64,000 nt of DNA. It comes from Myxococcota bacterium (GTDB taxonomy: Bacteria > Myxococcota_A > UBA9042 > PHBI01 > JAWLBL01). Made by a program: the position numbers and the translations under genes. Where the stretch lies: NCBI GenBank assembly GCA_041687695.1, contig JAWLBL010000014.1:96001-160000 (forward strand), in the 5' to 3' direction. Below, in pieces: positions 29,288-40,845 of the stretch. The first letter of the stretch is position 1. Every line of letters begins with the position of its first letter. The notes beneath the pieces are model-generated. The model ran no database searches, was not told where the DNA came from, and saw only the letters and a list, made by a program, of their open reading frames with translations.

Positions 29288-31288
29288 TCACCCAAGGCCG
29301 GCGGCCGAGCCGACCTGGTAGACCAGGACGGCCATCAGCCACGCGAAGGCGGTCATGTAGACGAAGGTGAAGGTCGGCCACTTCCACGAGCGCGTCTCGC
29401 GCCGGATGGCGCCCAGGGTGGCCGCGCACTGGCTGCACAGGGCGAAGAAGACCATCAGCGCCAGCGCGACCAGCGGCGAGAACACCCGCGTGCCGTCGGG
29501 GTGCACGGCGCCGCGCAGCTTGTCGCGCAGGCCGTCGCCCTCGCCGGCGGCGCTCGCCTCGAGCGAGTCGACGTCGTAGTCGCCCGGGTCGACGTCGCCC
29601 AGGCTGTACAGGATGCCCATGGTCGGCACGATGAGCTCGCGCGCCGGGAAGGCGGCCAGGATGCCGACCGTGATGCGCCAGTCGAAGCCCGCCGGCGCGA
29701 AGACCGGCTGGATGGCCTTGCCGCCGCGGGCGAGCCAGCTCTGCTCGAGGTAGGCGGCGCGCTCGGCGGCGTCGAGCTCGGCCAGGGCCTGATCGTGGGC
29801 CGCCGTGGCGGCCTCGTCGTCGGCCTGGGGGGCCACCAGCGTGGTCCGCTGGGCCTCGTAGCGGTCGTGGATCTCGGCCGGGCGCGGGTAGTAGCTGAGC
29901 AGCCAGATGACGATGGCGGTGCCGAAGATGATGGTGCCGGCGAGCACCATGAAGTCGCGCGCGGCGCCCCAGACCTGGGCGCGGACGACCTTGAGGCTGG
30001 GGCGCTGGTAGACGGGCAGCTCCATCATGAGCAGCGAGTGCCCGCCGCGCAGCACGGTGAGCTTGAGGGCCCAGGCGACGAGCGCGGCCGTGAGGATCCC
30101 CAGCAGGTAGATGCCGAACAGGACCACGCCCGCCCAGGCGACCGGGAAGAACGCCCCGATGAGCACCACGTAGACCGGCAGGCGGGCCGAGCAGCTCATG
30201 AGCGGGGCGACCACGATGGTGGCGATGCGGTCGCGCTCGTTGTCGATGATGCGGGTCGACAGGATGCCCGGCACGGCGCAGGCGAACGAGCTGACGAGCG
30301 GGACGAAGCTGCGGCCGTTGAGGCCGACGCGGCTGAGGACGCGGTCGAGCAGGAAGGCGGCGCGCGCCATGTAGCCGCTGGCCTCGAGCAGCGACACCAG
30401 GGTCATCAGCAGGACGATCTGCGGCAGGAAGATGACGATGGAGCCGACGCCGCCGATGAGGCCGTCGACCAGGAAGCTGCGCAGGGCGCCGGGCTCGAGG
30501 GCGTCTTCGACCAGCCCGGTGAGCCAGCCCTGCCCGTCCTCGATGAGGCCCATGAAGGGGTCGGCCCCGGTGAAGATGGCCTGGAAGATGCCGAGCACCA
30601 GCAGGGCCAGGATGGGCAGGCCCCAAACGCGATGCAGCAGGACGGCGTCGAGCCGGTCGGTCAGGCCGCGGGGCGACGGCGGGACGGGCCGCAGCGCCGC
30701 CTGGGCCAGCGCGTCCGGCGTGTCGGTCAGCGCGGGCGCGGGCGGCGCGCCGGCGGCGGCGACGAGGGCCTGGCGCAGCGCGTCGATGCCGCGACAGGCC
30801 AGGGCGTTGGTCTCGACGACCGGCATGCCCAGCAGCTCGGACAGGCGCGCCGCGTCGACCGGCCGGCCCTCGCGCTCGGCGACGTCGTTCTTGTTCAGGG
30901 CGACCACGATGGGCCGGCCGAGGGTGACCAGCGCGTCGAGCAGATGCAGCTCGACCGACAGCTTGGCGGCGTCCACGACCGCGCACAGGACGTCGGGCAC
31001 CTCGCCGGCCTCGCCGCGCAGGTAACCCAGGGCCACCTCCTCGTCGCGGCTGACCGCCGACAGCGAGGCGATGCCCGGCAGATCCACGGCGCGCAGCTCG
31101 GTCGCCCCCACGCGGACGGAGCTCTCGCACCGCTCGACCGACGAGCCGGCGAAGTTGACCGGCCGCTGGGCCGAGCCGGTCAGGTGCATCAGCAGCGACG
31201 TCTTGCCGGCGTTCTGGCGGCCGGCGAGCGCGACGAGGACCCGCGCGGGCGCCGCGGGCGACTGGGGCTGCGGGGCCGAGGCGGTCAC
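29288..31288 (-). CDS. feoB: Ferrous iron transporter B
   Basis: G1 GRQNAGKTS, G3 DLPG, G4 NKND; LEASGYMARAAF, MSCSARLPVY, MELPVY; GTG overlaps the feoA stop. Confidence 0.92.
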   Translation of the reverse strand: MTASAPQPQSPAAPARVLVALAGRQNAGKTSLLMHLTGSAQRPVNFAGSSVERCESSVRVGATELRAVDLPGIASLSAVSRDEEVALGYLRGEAGEVPDVLCAVVDAAKLSVELHLLDALVTLGRPIVVALNKNDVAEREGRPVDAARLSELLGMPVVETNALACRGIDALRQALVAAAGAPPAPALTDTPDALAQAALRPVPPSPRGLTDRLDAVLLHRVWGLPILALLVLGIFQAIFTGADPFMGLIEDGQGWLTGLVEDALEPGALRSFLVDGLIGGVGSIVIFLPQIVLLMTLVSLLEASGYMARAAFLLDRVLSRVGLNGRSFVPLVSSFACAVPGILSTRIIDNERDRIATIVVAPLMSCSARLPVYVVLIGAFFPVAWAGVVLFGIYLLGILTAALVAWALKLTVLRGGHSLLMMELPVYQRPSLKVVRAQVWGAARDFMVLAGTIIFGTAIVIWLLSYYPRPAEIHDRYEAQRTTLVAPQADDEAATAAHDQALAELDAAERAAYLEQSWLARGGKAIQPVFAPAGFDWRITVGILAAFPARELIVPTMGILYSLGDVDPGDYDVDSLEASAAGEGDGLRDKLRGAVHPDGTRVFSPLVALALMVFFALCSQCAATLGAIRRETRSWKWPTFTFVYMTAFAWLMAVLVYQVGSAAGLG

Positions 31289-31560
31289 GCTGCGGCCGCC
31301 GGGGCGCTCGGGGTGGCGACCACGACGCGGGCGGCCTCGTCGCGCCGGAGGGCCAGCCGGAAGCCACGCAGGGCGTACTGGGTCGGGTCGCCGAAGGGCG
31401 CCCGGCGCACGACGACCACCTCGGTCCCCGGCCACAGGCCGAGATCCGTCAGGCGTTTGGCCACCACGTCGTCCCCCTGCACGCGCACCACGCGGCCGGT
31501 GGCGCCCGGCGCGAGGCGCTCGAGGGTGGTTTCTTGCGCGGTCTGGTTCGGATCGGACAT
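31285..31560 (-). CDS. feoA: Ferrous iron transport protein A
   Basis: RLTDLGLWPGTEV..RAPFGDP..LALRRDEA. Confidence 0.9.
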   Translation of the reverse strand: MSDPNQTAQETTLERLAPGATGRVVRVQGDDVVAKRLTDLGLWPGTEVVVVRRAPFGDPTQYALRGFRLALRRDEAARVVVATPSAPAAAA

Positions 31561-31603
31561 GAGCCCCTCGAAGCGTCCTGCGTGAGTCCAGCCGACTTCT
31601 TAG

Positions 31604-31618
31604 TGAGAACGGTTTTCG
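31604..31618. promoter_or_regulatory. Candidate Fur-type box upstream of feoA
   Basis: AT-rich imperfect 7-1-7 palindrome TGAGAACGGTTTTCG about 45 nt upstream of the feoA start. Confidence 0.45.
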
Positions 31619-31681
31619 AAAAGCAAGCCCGGAGCAAGGGCATTCCCCCGATTCCCGGAATTCGACCGAGCGCGGGCGGGG

Positions 31682-32566
31682 TCAGCGCCAGTCGCGCGGC
31701 TCGCGCAGCACCTCGAGCAGGCGCGCCTCGGGGGTCCCGGGCGACGGCTCGATGGCGTAGTCCCAGCGGACGAGCGGCGGCAGCGACATCAGGATGGACT
31801 CGATGCGGCCCTCGGTCTTGAGGCCGAAGAGGGTCCCGCGATCGTAGACCAGGTTGAACTCGACGTAGCGCCCGCGCCGCTGCAGCTGCCAGGTGCGCAG
31901 CGGCTCGCCCCAGGGCGTGTCGACGCGCCGCTCGACGATGGGCGCGTAGGCCGGCAGGAAGCTGTCGCCGACGTCGCTCCAGAAGGCGAACAGGCTCTCG
32001 AGATCGCGATCGGCGTCGGGCTTCAGGTAGTCGAAGAACAGGCCGCCGACGCCGCGCGCCTCCTTGCGGTGCGGCAAAAAGAAGTACTCGTCGCACCACT
32101 TCTTGAAGCGCGGGTAGTAGGCGGGGTCGTGGCGGTCGCAGGCCTCGCCCAGGACGCGGTGGAAGTGGGCCGCGTCCTCGTCGACCAGCACGTAGGGGGT
32201 GAGATCCGCGCCGCCCCCGAACCAGCCCGCGTCGCCGCGCTCCAGGTAGCGGAAGTTGGCGTGGGTCGTAGGGACGTGCGGGTTGCGCGGGTGCAGCACC
32301 AGCGACACACCGGTCGCGAAGAACTCGGCGCCCTCGCCATGCAGGGCCGTCTGCAGCGCCTCGGGCAGCTCGCCGTGGACGGCCGAGACGTTCACGCCCG
32401 CCTTCTCGAAGACCTCGCCGCCCTCGAGCACGCGCGTGCGGCCGCCGCCGCCGCCGGGGCGCTGCCACAGGTCCTCGCGGAAGCGCGCGCGGCCGTCGAG
32501 CCGCTCGATGGCGGCGCAGATCGTGTCCTGGAGCTGTTCGACCTTGGCCCGGGCGCGGTTTCGCAT
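31682..32566 (-). CDS. hemF: Oxygen-dependent coproporphyrinogen III oxidase
   Basis: [48 protein letters not shown]. Confidence 0.95.
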   Translation of the reverse strand: MRNRARAKVEQLQDTICAAIERLDGRARFREDLWQRPGGGGGRTRVLEGGEVFEKAGVNVSAVHGELPEALQTALHGEGAEFFATGVSLVLHPRNPHVPTTHANFRYLERGDAGWFGGGADLTPYVLVDEDAAHFHRVLGEACDRHDPAYYPRFKKWCDEYFFLPHRKEARGVGGLFFDYLKPDADRDLESLFAFWSDVGDSFLPAYAPIVERRVDTPWGEPLRTWQLQRRGRYVEFNLVYDRGTLFGLKTEGRIESILMSLPPLVRWDYAIEPSPGTPEARLLEVLREPRDWR

Positions 32567-32688
32567 GGGCCGTGCTTACCGGCCGCTCCGCGCGCCGTCA
32601 ATCGCGAGCGCGCGAATCGGGCCGGCCGCGGGCGCCGCGCCGCTCAGGGCTTGCCGGTCGCCGCGGCGAGCCACTACCTTCGCGGCCC

Positions 32689-33012
32689 ATGGCGCGCATC
32701 ACCCTGACCCACGACGGTCGCCGCATCGACTTCGACCCGGCCGACGCCCCCTTCGAGGAGCACGGGCGGCCGGGCTCGCTGCTGGACGTGCTGCTGGGGC
32801 ACGGCGTGGCCCTGGACCACAACTGCGGCGGCGTGTGCGCCTGCACGACCTGCATGGTTTACGTCGAGCGGGGCGGCGACGCGCTCAGCGCGCCCGGCGA
32901 GGACGAGGAGGACATGCTGGACCGCGCCGCCGGGCTGCGCCTGAGCTCGCGCCTGGCCTGTCAGGCCGTGGTCGAGGACGCCGAGGCCGAGCTGGTCGTC
33001 ACGATCCCGTGA
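32689..33012 (+). CDS. fdx: 2Fe-2S ferredoxin (adrenodoxin/Fdx type)
   Basis: HNCGGVCACTTC..EEDMLD..SRLACQ. Confidence 0.85.
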   Translation: MARITLTHDGRRIDFDPADAPFEEHGRPGSLLDVLLGHGVALDHNCGGVCACTTCMVYVERGGDALSAPGEDEEDMLDRAAGLRLSSRLACQAVVEDAEAELVVTIP

Positions 33013-33940
33013 GGCCCGGGTCGGCCGCGGCCGCCGGGCGGGCGAAGCGGCGGTCCCAGGCGTGCACCCAGCGCGGCACGTAGCGCGCGGCGACGGCGGC
33101 GACCAGGACACCCGCGACGATGTCCGCGCCGTAGTGATAGCGCAGGTACATCGTGGCGAAGACGATGGCCAGGGCGAGCGGGACCATGCCCCAGAGCAGG
33201 CGCGGGACGAAGCGCGCGGCGGCCAGGGTGACCGTGAGCGTGAGCGAGGTGTGCCCGCTGGGGAAGCTGTCCCAGTACATGCGGGTGCCGGCGACGATGG
33301 ACTCGCGCAGGGTCTCGGCCAGCCACAGCCCCTTCATCTCGAACGGGTAGACGATGAGGTCGGCCAGCGCCGGGTCGTCCCCCAGCAGGACCGGCCAGCG
33401 GGCCGGCAGCAGGACGTTGCCCAGGACGACCAGGCCGTGGACGCCGACGAGCATGGTCATGACGACCCGCAGATCGGCGTGGCGGCCGCGTGTCCACAGG
33501 TAGACCGGCAGCGCCAGCAGCACGAAGTAGAAGGAGAAGTAGCAGAGCTGGATGACCTCGGTCAGGGCCGGCGAGTGCAGGTGCTGCAGGGCCAGCGAGA
33601 CGTCGGTGCCGAGCACGGCGTGGTCCAGGGCGCTCAGCTCGCGCTCCCAGGTGGGCAGCCCGAGCTCGCCGATGAGCACGCCGGCGCCGCGGTGGAAGAC
33701 GTAGAACCAGACGGTGTAGGCCGGGATGCGGACCGCGTTGTCGCGGCTGGGGCGGCCGGTGTGGCCCAGGCGGACGGCGGCGAGCAGCAGGGCCAGCGCG
33801 GCGCCGAACAGGGACAGCTCGACGGCGGGCGCGGCCAGGCGCGTCCAGCCGACGAGGACGGCGACCAGGGCGGCGGAGGTGGTCGCGAGGGCGACGGCGT
33901 CGGAGAGGCGGACCGGGGCCGCGGGCGGGGTGGTCGACAT
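32999..33940 (-). CDS. PAP2/AUR1-like membrane phosphatase
   Basis: Multiple TMs; SFPSGHT; TMYLRYHYGADIVAG. Confidence 0.8.
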   Translation of the reverse strand: MSTTPPAAPVRLSDAVALATTSAALVAVLVGWTRLAAPAVELSLFGAALALLLAAVRLGHTGRPSRDNAVRIPAYTVWFYVFHRGAGVLIGELGLPTWERELSALDHAVLGTDVSLALQHLHSPALTEVIQLCYFSFYFVLLALPVYLWTRGRHADLRVVMTMLVGVHGLVVLGNVLLPARWPVLLGDDPALADLIVYPFEMKGLWLAETLRESIVAGTRMYWDSFPSGHTSLTLTVTLAAARFVPRLLWGMVPLALAIVFATMYLRYHYGADIVAGVLVAAVAARYVPRWVHAWDRRFARPAAAADPGLTGS

Positions 33941-33977
33941 GGCGGGCGACCCTAACGGTTACGGCCGGTTGCGGCAA

Positions 33978-35225
33978 TCACGGCGCGGGCGGGGGCGCGA
34001 AGTGGGCGCGGGCGCGGCGCTCGTCGACGCCGAGCATCAGGAGGAGGCCGGCGACGAACAGCCCGCCTACGGCGAGCAGGGCGTAGCGCTGGCTGCCGGT
34101 CGCCTCGCTGACGAAGCCGAAGATGAGCGGGCCGGCGACGGCGCTGAACTTGCCGGCGATGGCCTTGAAGCCGAAGAGCTCGCCGGCCTCGGCCGGGGGG
34201 ACCACGCTGGCGAGCAGGCCGCGGCTGGCGCTCTGGGTGGCGCCCATGACGAAGCCGACCGCGAGGGCGAGCCACCAGAAGGTGTCCTTCTCGGTGACCC
34301 AGAAGGCGCCGAGGATGACCAGGCACCACACGCACAGGGTCAGGACCAGGGTGCGGGCGTGGCCGATGCGGTCGGCGACGAAGCCCAGGCCGAAGGCGCC
34401 GACGGCGCCGGAGAGCTGGACGGCGGCCAGCATGGCCATGATCTCGCCGGTCTCCATGCGCAGGGTCTTGGAGGCGTACAGGGCGGCGAAGGAGACGGTG
34501 GTCGCGACGCCGTCGTTGTAGAGGAAGTAGGCGATGAAGAAGCGGAAGAGGTCGCGGTTGCCGCGGATGCGGCGGAAGGCGGCGCCGACCTGGGCGAACA
34601 CGTCGCCGGCGCGCTGGTCGAGGCGCGGGGCGCGGTCGCGGACGAGGAAGAACAGCGGCAGGCTGAAGGCCAGCCACCAGGCAGCGACGACCAGGAAGAC
34701 CAGGCGGACCTGGCCGGCCTCGGCCAGCGGCAGGGCGAGCAGGAGGCAGGCGAGGCCGCCGAGGTAGCCCATGGACCAGCCGATGCCGGACCAGCGGCCG
34801 ATGGCGGTGGGGCGGACGAGGCCGGGCAGGAGCGCGTCGTAGAAGACGAGGCTGCCCTCGAAGGCGACGTTGGCCAGGAAGATGCAGGCGAGGCCCAGGG
34901 CGACCTCGCCGGGGCCGACCAGGGCGCAGGCGGCGGTGCCTGCGACGCCGACCAGGGTGTAGGCGAACAGGAGGTGCTTGCGCCAGCCGCGGCGATCGGC
35001 CAGGGCGCCGAGCACCGGCGAGGTGAGGGCGACGACGGCCATGGAGGCGGCCAGGGCGTTGCCCCACAGGCGGTCGCCGCGGCCCGGCTGGTCGGCGCCG
35101 ACGACGACGTTCGAGAAGTACAGCGCGTACACGGCGGTGACCATGACCAGCGCGTAGGCCGAGTTGGCGACGTCGTTGAGGGCCCAGGCGAGGCGCTCGC
35201 GGATGGGGGCCTCGGGCGGGATCAT
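33978..35225 (-). CDS. MFS transporter (UMF1/Atg22-like)
   Basis: [42 protein letters not shown]; start uncertain (35267 possible). Confidence 0.85.
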   Translation of the reverse strand: MIPPEAPIRERLAWALNDVANSAYALVMVTAVYALYFSNVVVGADQPGRGDRLWGNALAASMAVVALTSPVLGALADRRGWRKHLLFAYTLVGVAGTAACALVGPGEVALGLACIFLANVAFEGSLVFYDALLPGLVRPTAIGRWSGIGWSMGYLGGLACLLLALPLAEAGQVRLVFLVVAAWWLAFSLPLFFLVRDRAPRLDQRAGDVFAQVGAAFRRIRGNRDLFRFFIAYFLYNDGVATTVSFAALYASKTLRMETGEIMAMLAAVQLSGAVGAFGLGFVADRIGHARTLVLTLCVWCLVILGAFWVTEKDTFWWLALAVGFVMGATQSASRGLLASVVPPAEAGELFGFKAIAGKFSAVAGPLIFGFVSEATGSQRYALLAVGGLFVAGLLLMLGVDERRARAHFAPPPAP

Positions 35226-35334
35226 CGGGGCGGCCGAGGCCGCGCCGTGGGATTGTCGAGCCTGCACCGCAGCTTGCCTCCGGGACCCCGATACGTTAGG
35301 GATTCGTGCACTTCCGCCCCGGGAGAGGAGCTGG

Positions 35335-36195
<861 letters not shown>

Positions 36196-36256
36196 GCCTG
36201 GGCGCCCGGCCCCCGTCGAGTCCCCTGCCCTGCCCCTCCCGGCCTCCGAGGACCGC

Positions 36257-38089
36257 ATGACCTCCGTCGCTGCCGACACCCAGAACCGGCTCCAGCTCGC
36301 CCCGCGCGAGCAGATGAACATCGTCATCGTCGGCCACGTGGACCATGGCAAGTCCACGCTGGTCGGCCGCCTGCTCGCCGACTCCGGCAGCCTGCCCGAC
36401 GGCAAGCTCGAGGCGGTCCAGGCGCTGTGCAAGCGCCAGGGCAAGCTCTTCGAGTACGCCTTCCTGCTCGACGCCCTCGAGGCCGAGCGCGACCAGGGCA
36501 TCACCATCGACTCGGCGCGGTGCTTCTTCAAGACCGACGAGCGCGACTACATCATCATCGACGCGCCCGGCCACATCGAGTTCCTCAAGAACATGATCTC
36601 GGGCGCCGCCCGCGCCGAGGCGGCCATCCTGCTCATCGACGCCAACGAGGGCGTCCGCGAGAACTCGCGCCGCCACGGCTACGTCCTGTCGATGTTGGGC
36701 ATCCGGCAGGTCACGGTCGCCGTGAACAAGATGGATCTGGTCGACTACGACCAGGCCGTCTTCGACCGCATCGAAGAGGAGTACCGCGCCTTCCTGGCCG
36801 GCTGCGGCCTGGTCCCCCAGCGCTTCGTCCCCATCAGCGCGCGCCAGGGCGACAACATCGCCGAACCCAGCGCCCACATGCGCTGGTACAAGGGCCCGAC
36901 CATCCTCGAGTCGGTGGATCTGTTCAAGAAGGCGCCGCCCCGCGAGGACAAGGCGCTGCGCGTCCCCGTGCAGGACGTCTACAAGTTCAACACGCGCGGC
37001 GACGACCGCCGCATCGTCGCCGGCCGCATCGAGTCCGGCCGCATCAAGGTCGGCGACCGCGTGGTCTTCTCGCCCTCTGGCAAGGGCTCGACCGTCGCCA
37101 GCGTCGAGGTCTTCAACGCCCCGGCGACCGAGTCGATGCAGGCGCCCCACTGCGTCGGCTTCACGCTGACCGAGCAGATCTTCGTCGAGCGGGGCGAGAT
37201 CGCCTCGCACGTCGACAGCGCCCCGCGCGTGTCGACGCGCTTTCGGGCGAACCTGTTCTGGCTGGGCCGCAAGCCCATGCAGAAGGGCAAGAGCTACAAG
37301 CTCAAGCTGACCACCAAGGAGGTCGGCGTCCACATCCACGAGCTGCTCAACGTCATCGACGCCTCCGAGCTGGACTCGAGCCTCGACAAGGACGAGGTCG
37401 GCCGCCACGACGTCGCCGACGTCATCCTCGAGACGCGCCGCCCGGTCGCCTTCGACCTGACGCACGAGTTCGAGGCGACGGGCCGCTTCGTCATCGTCGA
37501 CGACTACGACGTGGCCGGCGGCGGCATCATCCGCGAGGTGGTCAGCGACAGCTTCGAGGGCGCGCGCGCCGACGCCCGCCGCCGCGACTTCGAGTGGGTC
37601 GGCGGCGACGTCAGCCGCGACGACCGCGCGGCCCGCTTCGGGCACCGCGCGGCGCTGGTGCTGCTGACCGGCGGCGCCGGGGTCGGCAAGGCGCTCATCG
37701 CCCGCAAGCTCGAGCGCGCCCTGTTCGACGCCGGCCGCGTCGCCTACCTGCTCGACGGCCGCAACGTGCTGCTGGGCCTCGACCAGGACATCGCCACGAC
37801 GATGGACTCGGGCGAGCTGGTCCGCCGCTACGCCGAGGTCGCGCACCTCTTCTTGGACGCCGGCCACCTGGTCGTCTCGACCACCAACACCTTCGCCCTG
37901 GCGGACCACGGCACGATCAGCACCCTTGTCGCGCCGGCGCCGGTCGTCCTGGTGCACATCGGCGACGACCCACCCCACAACGCCGACCTGGTCCTGCCGG
38001 CGCAGACCGACCCCGAGGGCTGCGTCACGGCCATCCGCGCCATGCTGCGCGAGCAGAACCTGGTGGTCCGCCCGCCCGAGCCGCGCTGA
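36257..38089 (+). CDS. cysN: Sulfate adenylyltransferase subunit 1 with degenerate APS-kinase-like C-terminal domain
   Basis: [25 protein letters not shown]-terminal TGGAGVGKA / YLLDGRNV. Confidence 0.9.
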   Translation: MTSVAADTQNRLQLAPREQMNIVIVGHVDHGKSTLVGRLLADSGSLPDGKLEAVQALCKRQGKLFEYAFLLDALEAERDQGITIDSARCFFKTDERDYIIIDAPGHIEFLKNMISGAARAEAAILLIDANEGVRENSRRHGYVLSMLGIRQVTVAVNKMDLVDYDQAVFDRIEEEYRAFLAGCGLVPQRFVPISARQGDNIAEPSAHMRWYKGPTILESVDLFKKAPPREDKALRVPVQDVYKFNTRGDDRRIVAGRIESGRIKVGDRVVFSPSGKGSTVASVEVFNAPATESMQAPHCVGFTLTEQIFVERGEIASHVDSAPRVSTRFRANLFWLGRKPMQKGKSYKLKLTTKEVGVHIHELLNVIDASELDSSLDKDEVGRHDVADVILETRRPVAFDLTHEFEATGRFVIVDDYDVAGGGIIREVVSDSFEGARADARRRDFEWVGGDVSRDDRAARFGHRAALVLLTGGAGVGKALIARKLERALFDAGRVAYLLDGRNVLLGLDQDIATTMDSGELVRRYAEVAHLFLDAGHLVVSTTNTFALADHGTISTLVAPAPVVLVHIGDDPPHNADLVLPAQTDPEGCVTAIRAMLREQNLVVRPPEPR

Positions 38090-38123
38090 CGCGCCGAGGT
38101 CCGCCGCCGACGCGGACCTCGCC

Positions 38124-38870
38124 TCAGCGGCACACGCCCAGGCCCTCGCTGAGCAGCGCCGGCACCAGCCGGCGCGACAGGTCCGCGCCGCCGGCGCGGG
38201 TCAGGTGGACGCCGTCCGAGCGCCGGAAGCGCACCTTGCGGCCGCGGCCGTCGGTGCCCAGGGCCAGGTAGCGCCCGGCCGGGTCCGACGACAGCGTGAA
38301 GGTGTCGATCCAGGTCACGTCGCCGCGCTCGCGCGCCGCCTCGCGCTGCAGACGCATGATGCGCTTGACCTTGGCGGCCGCGCTGGGCGCCCGCCGGTTG
38401 GTCGGAGACAACAGGAACACCTGGCGTCGCGGCCCGCGTAGCCCGTCGAGCAGCTCGCGCACGCGCTGCAGGTAGTGGACGCTCCAGCGCGCCTCGTCCT
38501 TCCAGGCGACGCGCTCGCCGGCGGCGTCGGTCGGCTCGAGCCCCTGACCGTCGTTGCCGCCGAACAGCATGATGACGACGTGCGGGTCGAAGCGCGACGC
38601 CAGCGCCGGCCCCTCGCGCCGCCAGTCGAAGAAGCTCGGCTTGGCCAGCCCCGAGGCGCTCTTGCCGAAGCGCTCGACCTCGAAGCCCAGCTCGGCCAGC
38701 GCGCGCTCCAGCTCGATCCCCAGGCTGCCGTAGATGTTCGAGTCGCCGAGCAGCAGCGCGCGCGGCCGCTCGGGGACCACGAGGCACAGGTCCTCGGCGA
38801 GCGCCGCGCGCGGCGCCCCCAGGAGCGTTCCGACCCCGACGAGGACCAGGACAGCCAACCAACGACGCAT
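38124..38870 (-). CDS. SGNH/GDSL hydrolase (DUF459-like)
   Basis: LLGDS, SGLAKPSFFDW, FGGND, DGVHLT; signal peptide. Confidence 0.8.
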   Translation of the reverse strand: MRRWLAVLVLVGVGTLLGAPRAALAEDLCLVVPERPRALLLGDSNIYGSLGIELERALAELGFEVERFGKSASGLAKPSFFDWRREGPALASRFDPHVVIMLFGGNDGQGLEPTDAAGERVAWKDEARWSVHYLQRVRELLDGLRGPRRQVFLLSPTNRRAPSAAAKVKRIMRLQREAARERGDVTWIDTFTLSSDPAGRYLALGTDGRGRKVRFRRSDGVHLTRAGGADLSRRLVPALLSEGLGVCR

Positions 38871-38922
38871 CGCGCTCCGGCGGGGCCGACGCCACATCCA
38901 CGATGGATGGGGGCGCCGCGGC

Positions 38923-39777
38923 TCACCGCGTGCGCCGGATTGAAGCGCGCTCCGGGGCCGCGCGCAACTTCCGCGACGTCACCGTAAGGTGTTGATCTCT
39001 CTGAAGGGAGCCGGGCGCCTCGCAGCTGAGCAGCCCCTCGGCCTGCAGCGCCGGCCACAGCTTGTCCATCAGGACGGCGGCGCCCTCGGCCGTCAGGTGG
39101 ATGCCGTCGGGACGCCGCAGCCGCACGCGCCGCCCCCGCCGGTCGCGCCCCTCGGCCTCCGGGCGGCCGTCCTCCCGCGAGGTGAGGGCGAAGGTGTCGA
39201 TCCAGGTCACGCGGGTGAGGCCCTCGACCGCCTCGCGCTGCACCTGGCGGACCCTCAGCATCTTCTCGCGCGCGATCCTGGGCAGGCGGTTGGTCGGCCC
39301 CAGCACGAACAGGCGCCGCCCCCCGCCCGACAGGGCCATCGCCAGGCGGGTCACGCGGCTGCGGTAGGCCTCGCGCCAGGTCGCCTCGTCCTTCCACCAG
39401 ACCCGCCGCTCGCCCGCGTAGGGCTCGAGCCGCTGCCCGTCGTTGCCGCCGAACAGGATGATGACGACGTCGGGGCGGTAGTGGTCGACGAGGCGCACGC
39501 CTTCGGTGAGCCAGTCGAAGAAGTCCGGCCGGGCGAGGCCGCTGGTCGGCTTGCCGCGCCGCAGGACGTTGAAGCCGGAGGCGCGCAGGCGCTTCTCGAG
39601 CTGCTTGCCCAGGTGCTCGAAGATGTTCGAGTCACCGAGCACCAGCACGCGGGCCGCCGAGGGCGCCGGCTCCTGGGCCGCGGAGGGCCGGTGGGTGAAG
39701 ACGACGGCCAGGGCCACGAGGAGGCCGAGGACCATGGGCCGCAGACGTAGAGAGGCCGAACGCGAGGCGCGACGCAT
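38923..39777 (-). CDS. SGNH/GDSL hydrolase (DUF459-like), tandem paralog
   Basis: VLGDS, SGLARPDFFDW, FGGND, DGIHLT; signal peptide. Confidence 0.8.
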   Translation of the reverse strand: MRRASRSASLRLRPMVLGLLVALAVVFTHRPSAAQEPAPSAARVLVLGDSNIFEHLGKQLEKRLRASGFNVLRRGKPTSGLARPDFFDWLTEGVRLVDHYRPDVVIILFGGNDGQRLEPYAGERRVWWKDEATWREAYRSRVTRLAMALSGGGRRLFVLGPTNRLPRIAREKMLRVRQVQREAVEGLTRVTWIDTFALTSREDGRPEAEGRDRRGRRVRLRRPDGIHLTAEGAAVLMDKLWPALQAEGLLSCEAPGSLQRDQHLTVTSRKLRAAPERASIRRTR

Positions 39778-39828
39778 CGCCGCGGATGATAGCGATCTCG
39801 CGCGCGGCCGTCACCGGGGGACGTTTGC

Positions 39829-40022
39829 GGCCGGGACCGGGACCGTGGCGGAGGCCGGGGCCGGGGCCAGGGCGGAGGCCGGGGGGAGGCCGGGGGGAGG
39901 CCGGGGCCGGGGCCGGGACCGTGGCGGAGGCCGGGGCCGGGGCCAGGGCGGAGGCCGGGACCGTGGCCGAGGCCGGGACCGGAGCCGGAGCCGTGGCTGC
40001 GGGCGCAGCCACGGCCGGGCCC
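39829..40022. repeat. Intergenic G-rich hexamer-periodic repeat
   Basis: GCCGGG/ACCGGG/GGAGGC units with recurring ACCGTGGCGGAGGCCGGGGCCGGGGCCAGGGCGGAGGCCGGG block. Confidence 0.85.
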
Positions 40023-40023
40023 G

Positions 40024-40809
40024 TCACTCCTCGGTGACCTCGATCTCCTCGGGCTCGTCCGCGCCCATGAGGAGGGCGCGCGTCTCGGGGTCGAGCTCGT
40101 ACGAGCCGCGCAGCCCGACGCCCGAGCGGGCCTGGACCACCTCGCGCGCCAGGGTCGGGCTCTCGACGACCAGCAGATCGCTGCGGAAGACGCGGCGGTG
40201 GTCGGCCACCCGCACGGTGGCGTTCAGGCCGTTCCACGTCGCCTGCGTGACGACGCTGCCGTCCGCCGTGGCCGACGCGATGGTGCTCTGGCCGCTGACC
40301 GGCCCGAGGTCGGCGCGCAGGGTGGCCACGCGCTGCGCGAAGGGCACATCGGCCGTCAGGGGCCGCGCGTACTTCCACAGCCGATCGCCCGCGAAGAAGA
40401 AGTAGTGCACGCCGCTCGCCTCTCGGAAGACCAGCAGGCTCTCGTTGCCGCCAGCGGCGAACTCGCTGGCCACCAGGCTGGTCTCGAACCCCGTCTGGCG
40501 ACCGTCGAAGGGGATCACCGACCCCTCGAGCGCCTCGAGGTCCCGCTCGAAGGCGGCGCGCAGGGCGAGCCGCTCGCTGTCGTCGAGGCAGGCCTTGAGC
40601 TTCGGCGCGAGCTCGCGCTCCATCCGGGCGCGGACCCACGAGAACACCGCGTCCTTGTTCTGGCCGAGCGGCAGCTTGTCGAGGTCGGCGTCGATCCGCG
40701 AGACCTGCAGCGTCACGGCGAGCGGCGCCTTGGCGGGCGCGCCGGCGAGGGCGGGCCCGGCGGTTACGGTGGCAAGCGCGAGGAAACTAGCGAAGGCAAG
40801 GCGTCGCAT
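40024..40809 (-). CDS. Secreted hypothetical protein
   Basis: Signal peptide MRRLAFASFLALATVTAGPALA; typical codon usage. Confidence 0.7.
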   Translation of the reverse strand: MRRLAFASFLALATVTAGPALAGAPAKAPLAVTLQVSRIDADLDKLPLGQNKDAVFSWVRARMERELAPKLKACLDDSERLALRAAFERDLEALEGSVIPFDGRQTGFETSLVASEFAAGGNESLLVFREASGVHYFFFAGDRLWKYARPLTADVPFAQRVATLRADLGPVSGQSTIASATADGSVVTQATWNGLNATVRVADHRRVFRSDLLVVESPTLAREVVQARSGVGLRGSYELDPETRALLMGADEPEEIEVTEE

Positions 40810-40845
40810 GACATCATCTCCGGCTCGTGTTCGGCCGGAATACGA

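Noticed and set aside
31640..31680. TTCGA-containing segment resembling a tRNA T-loop
   Set aside because: No acceptor, D or anticodon arms can be formed
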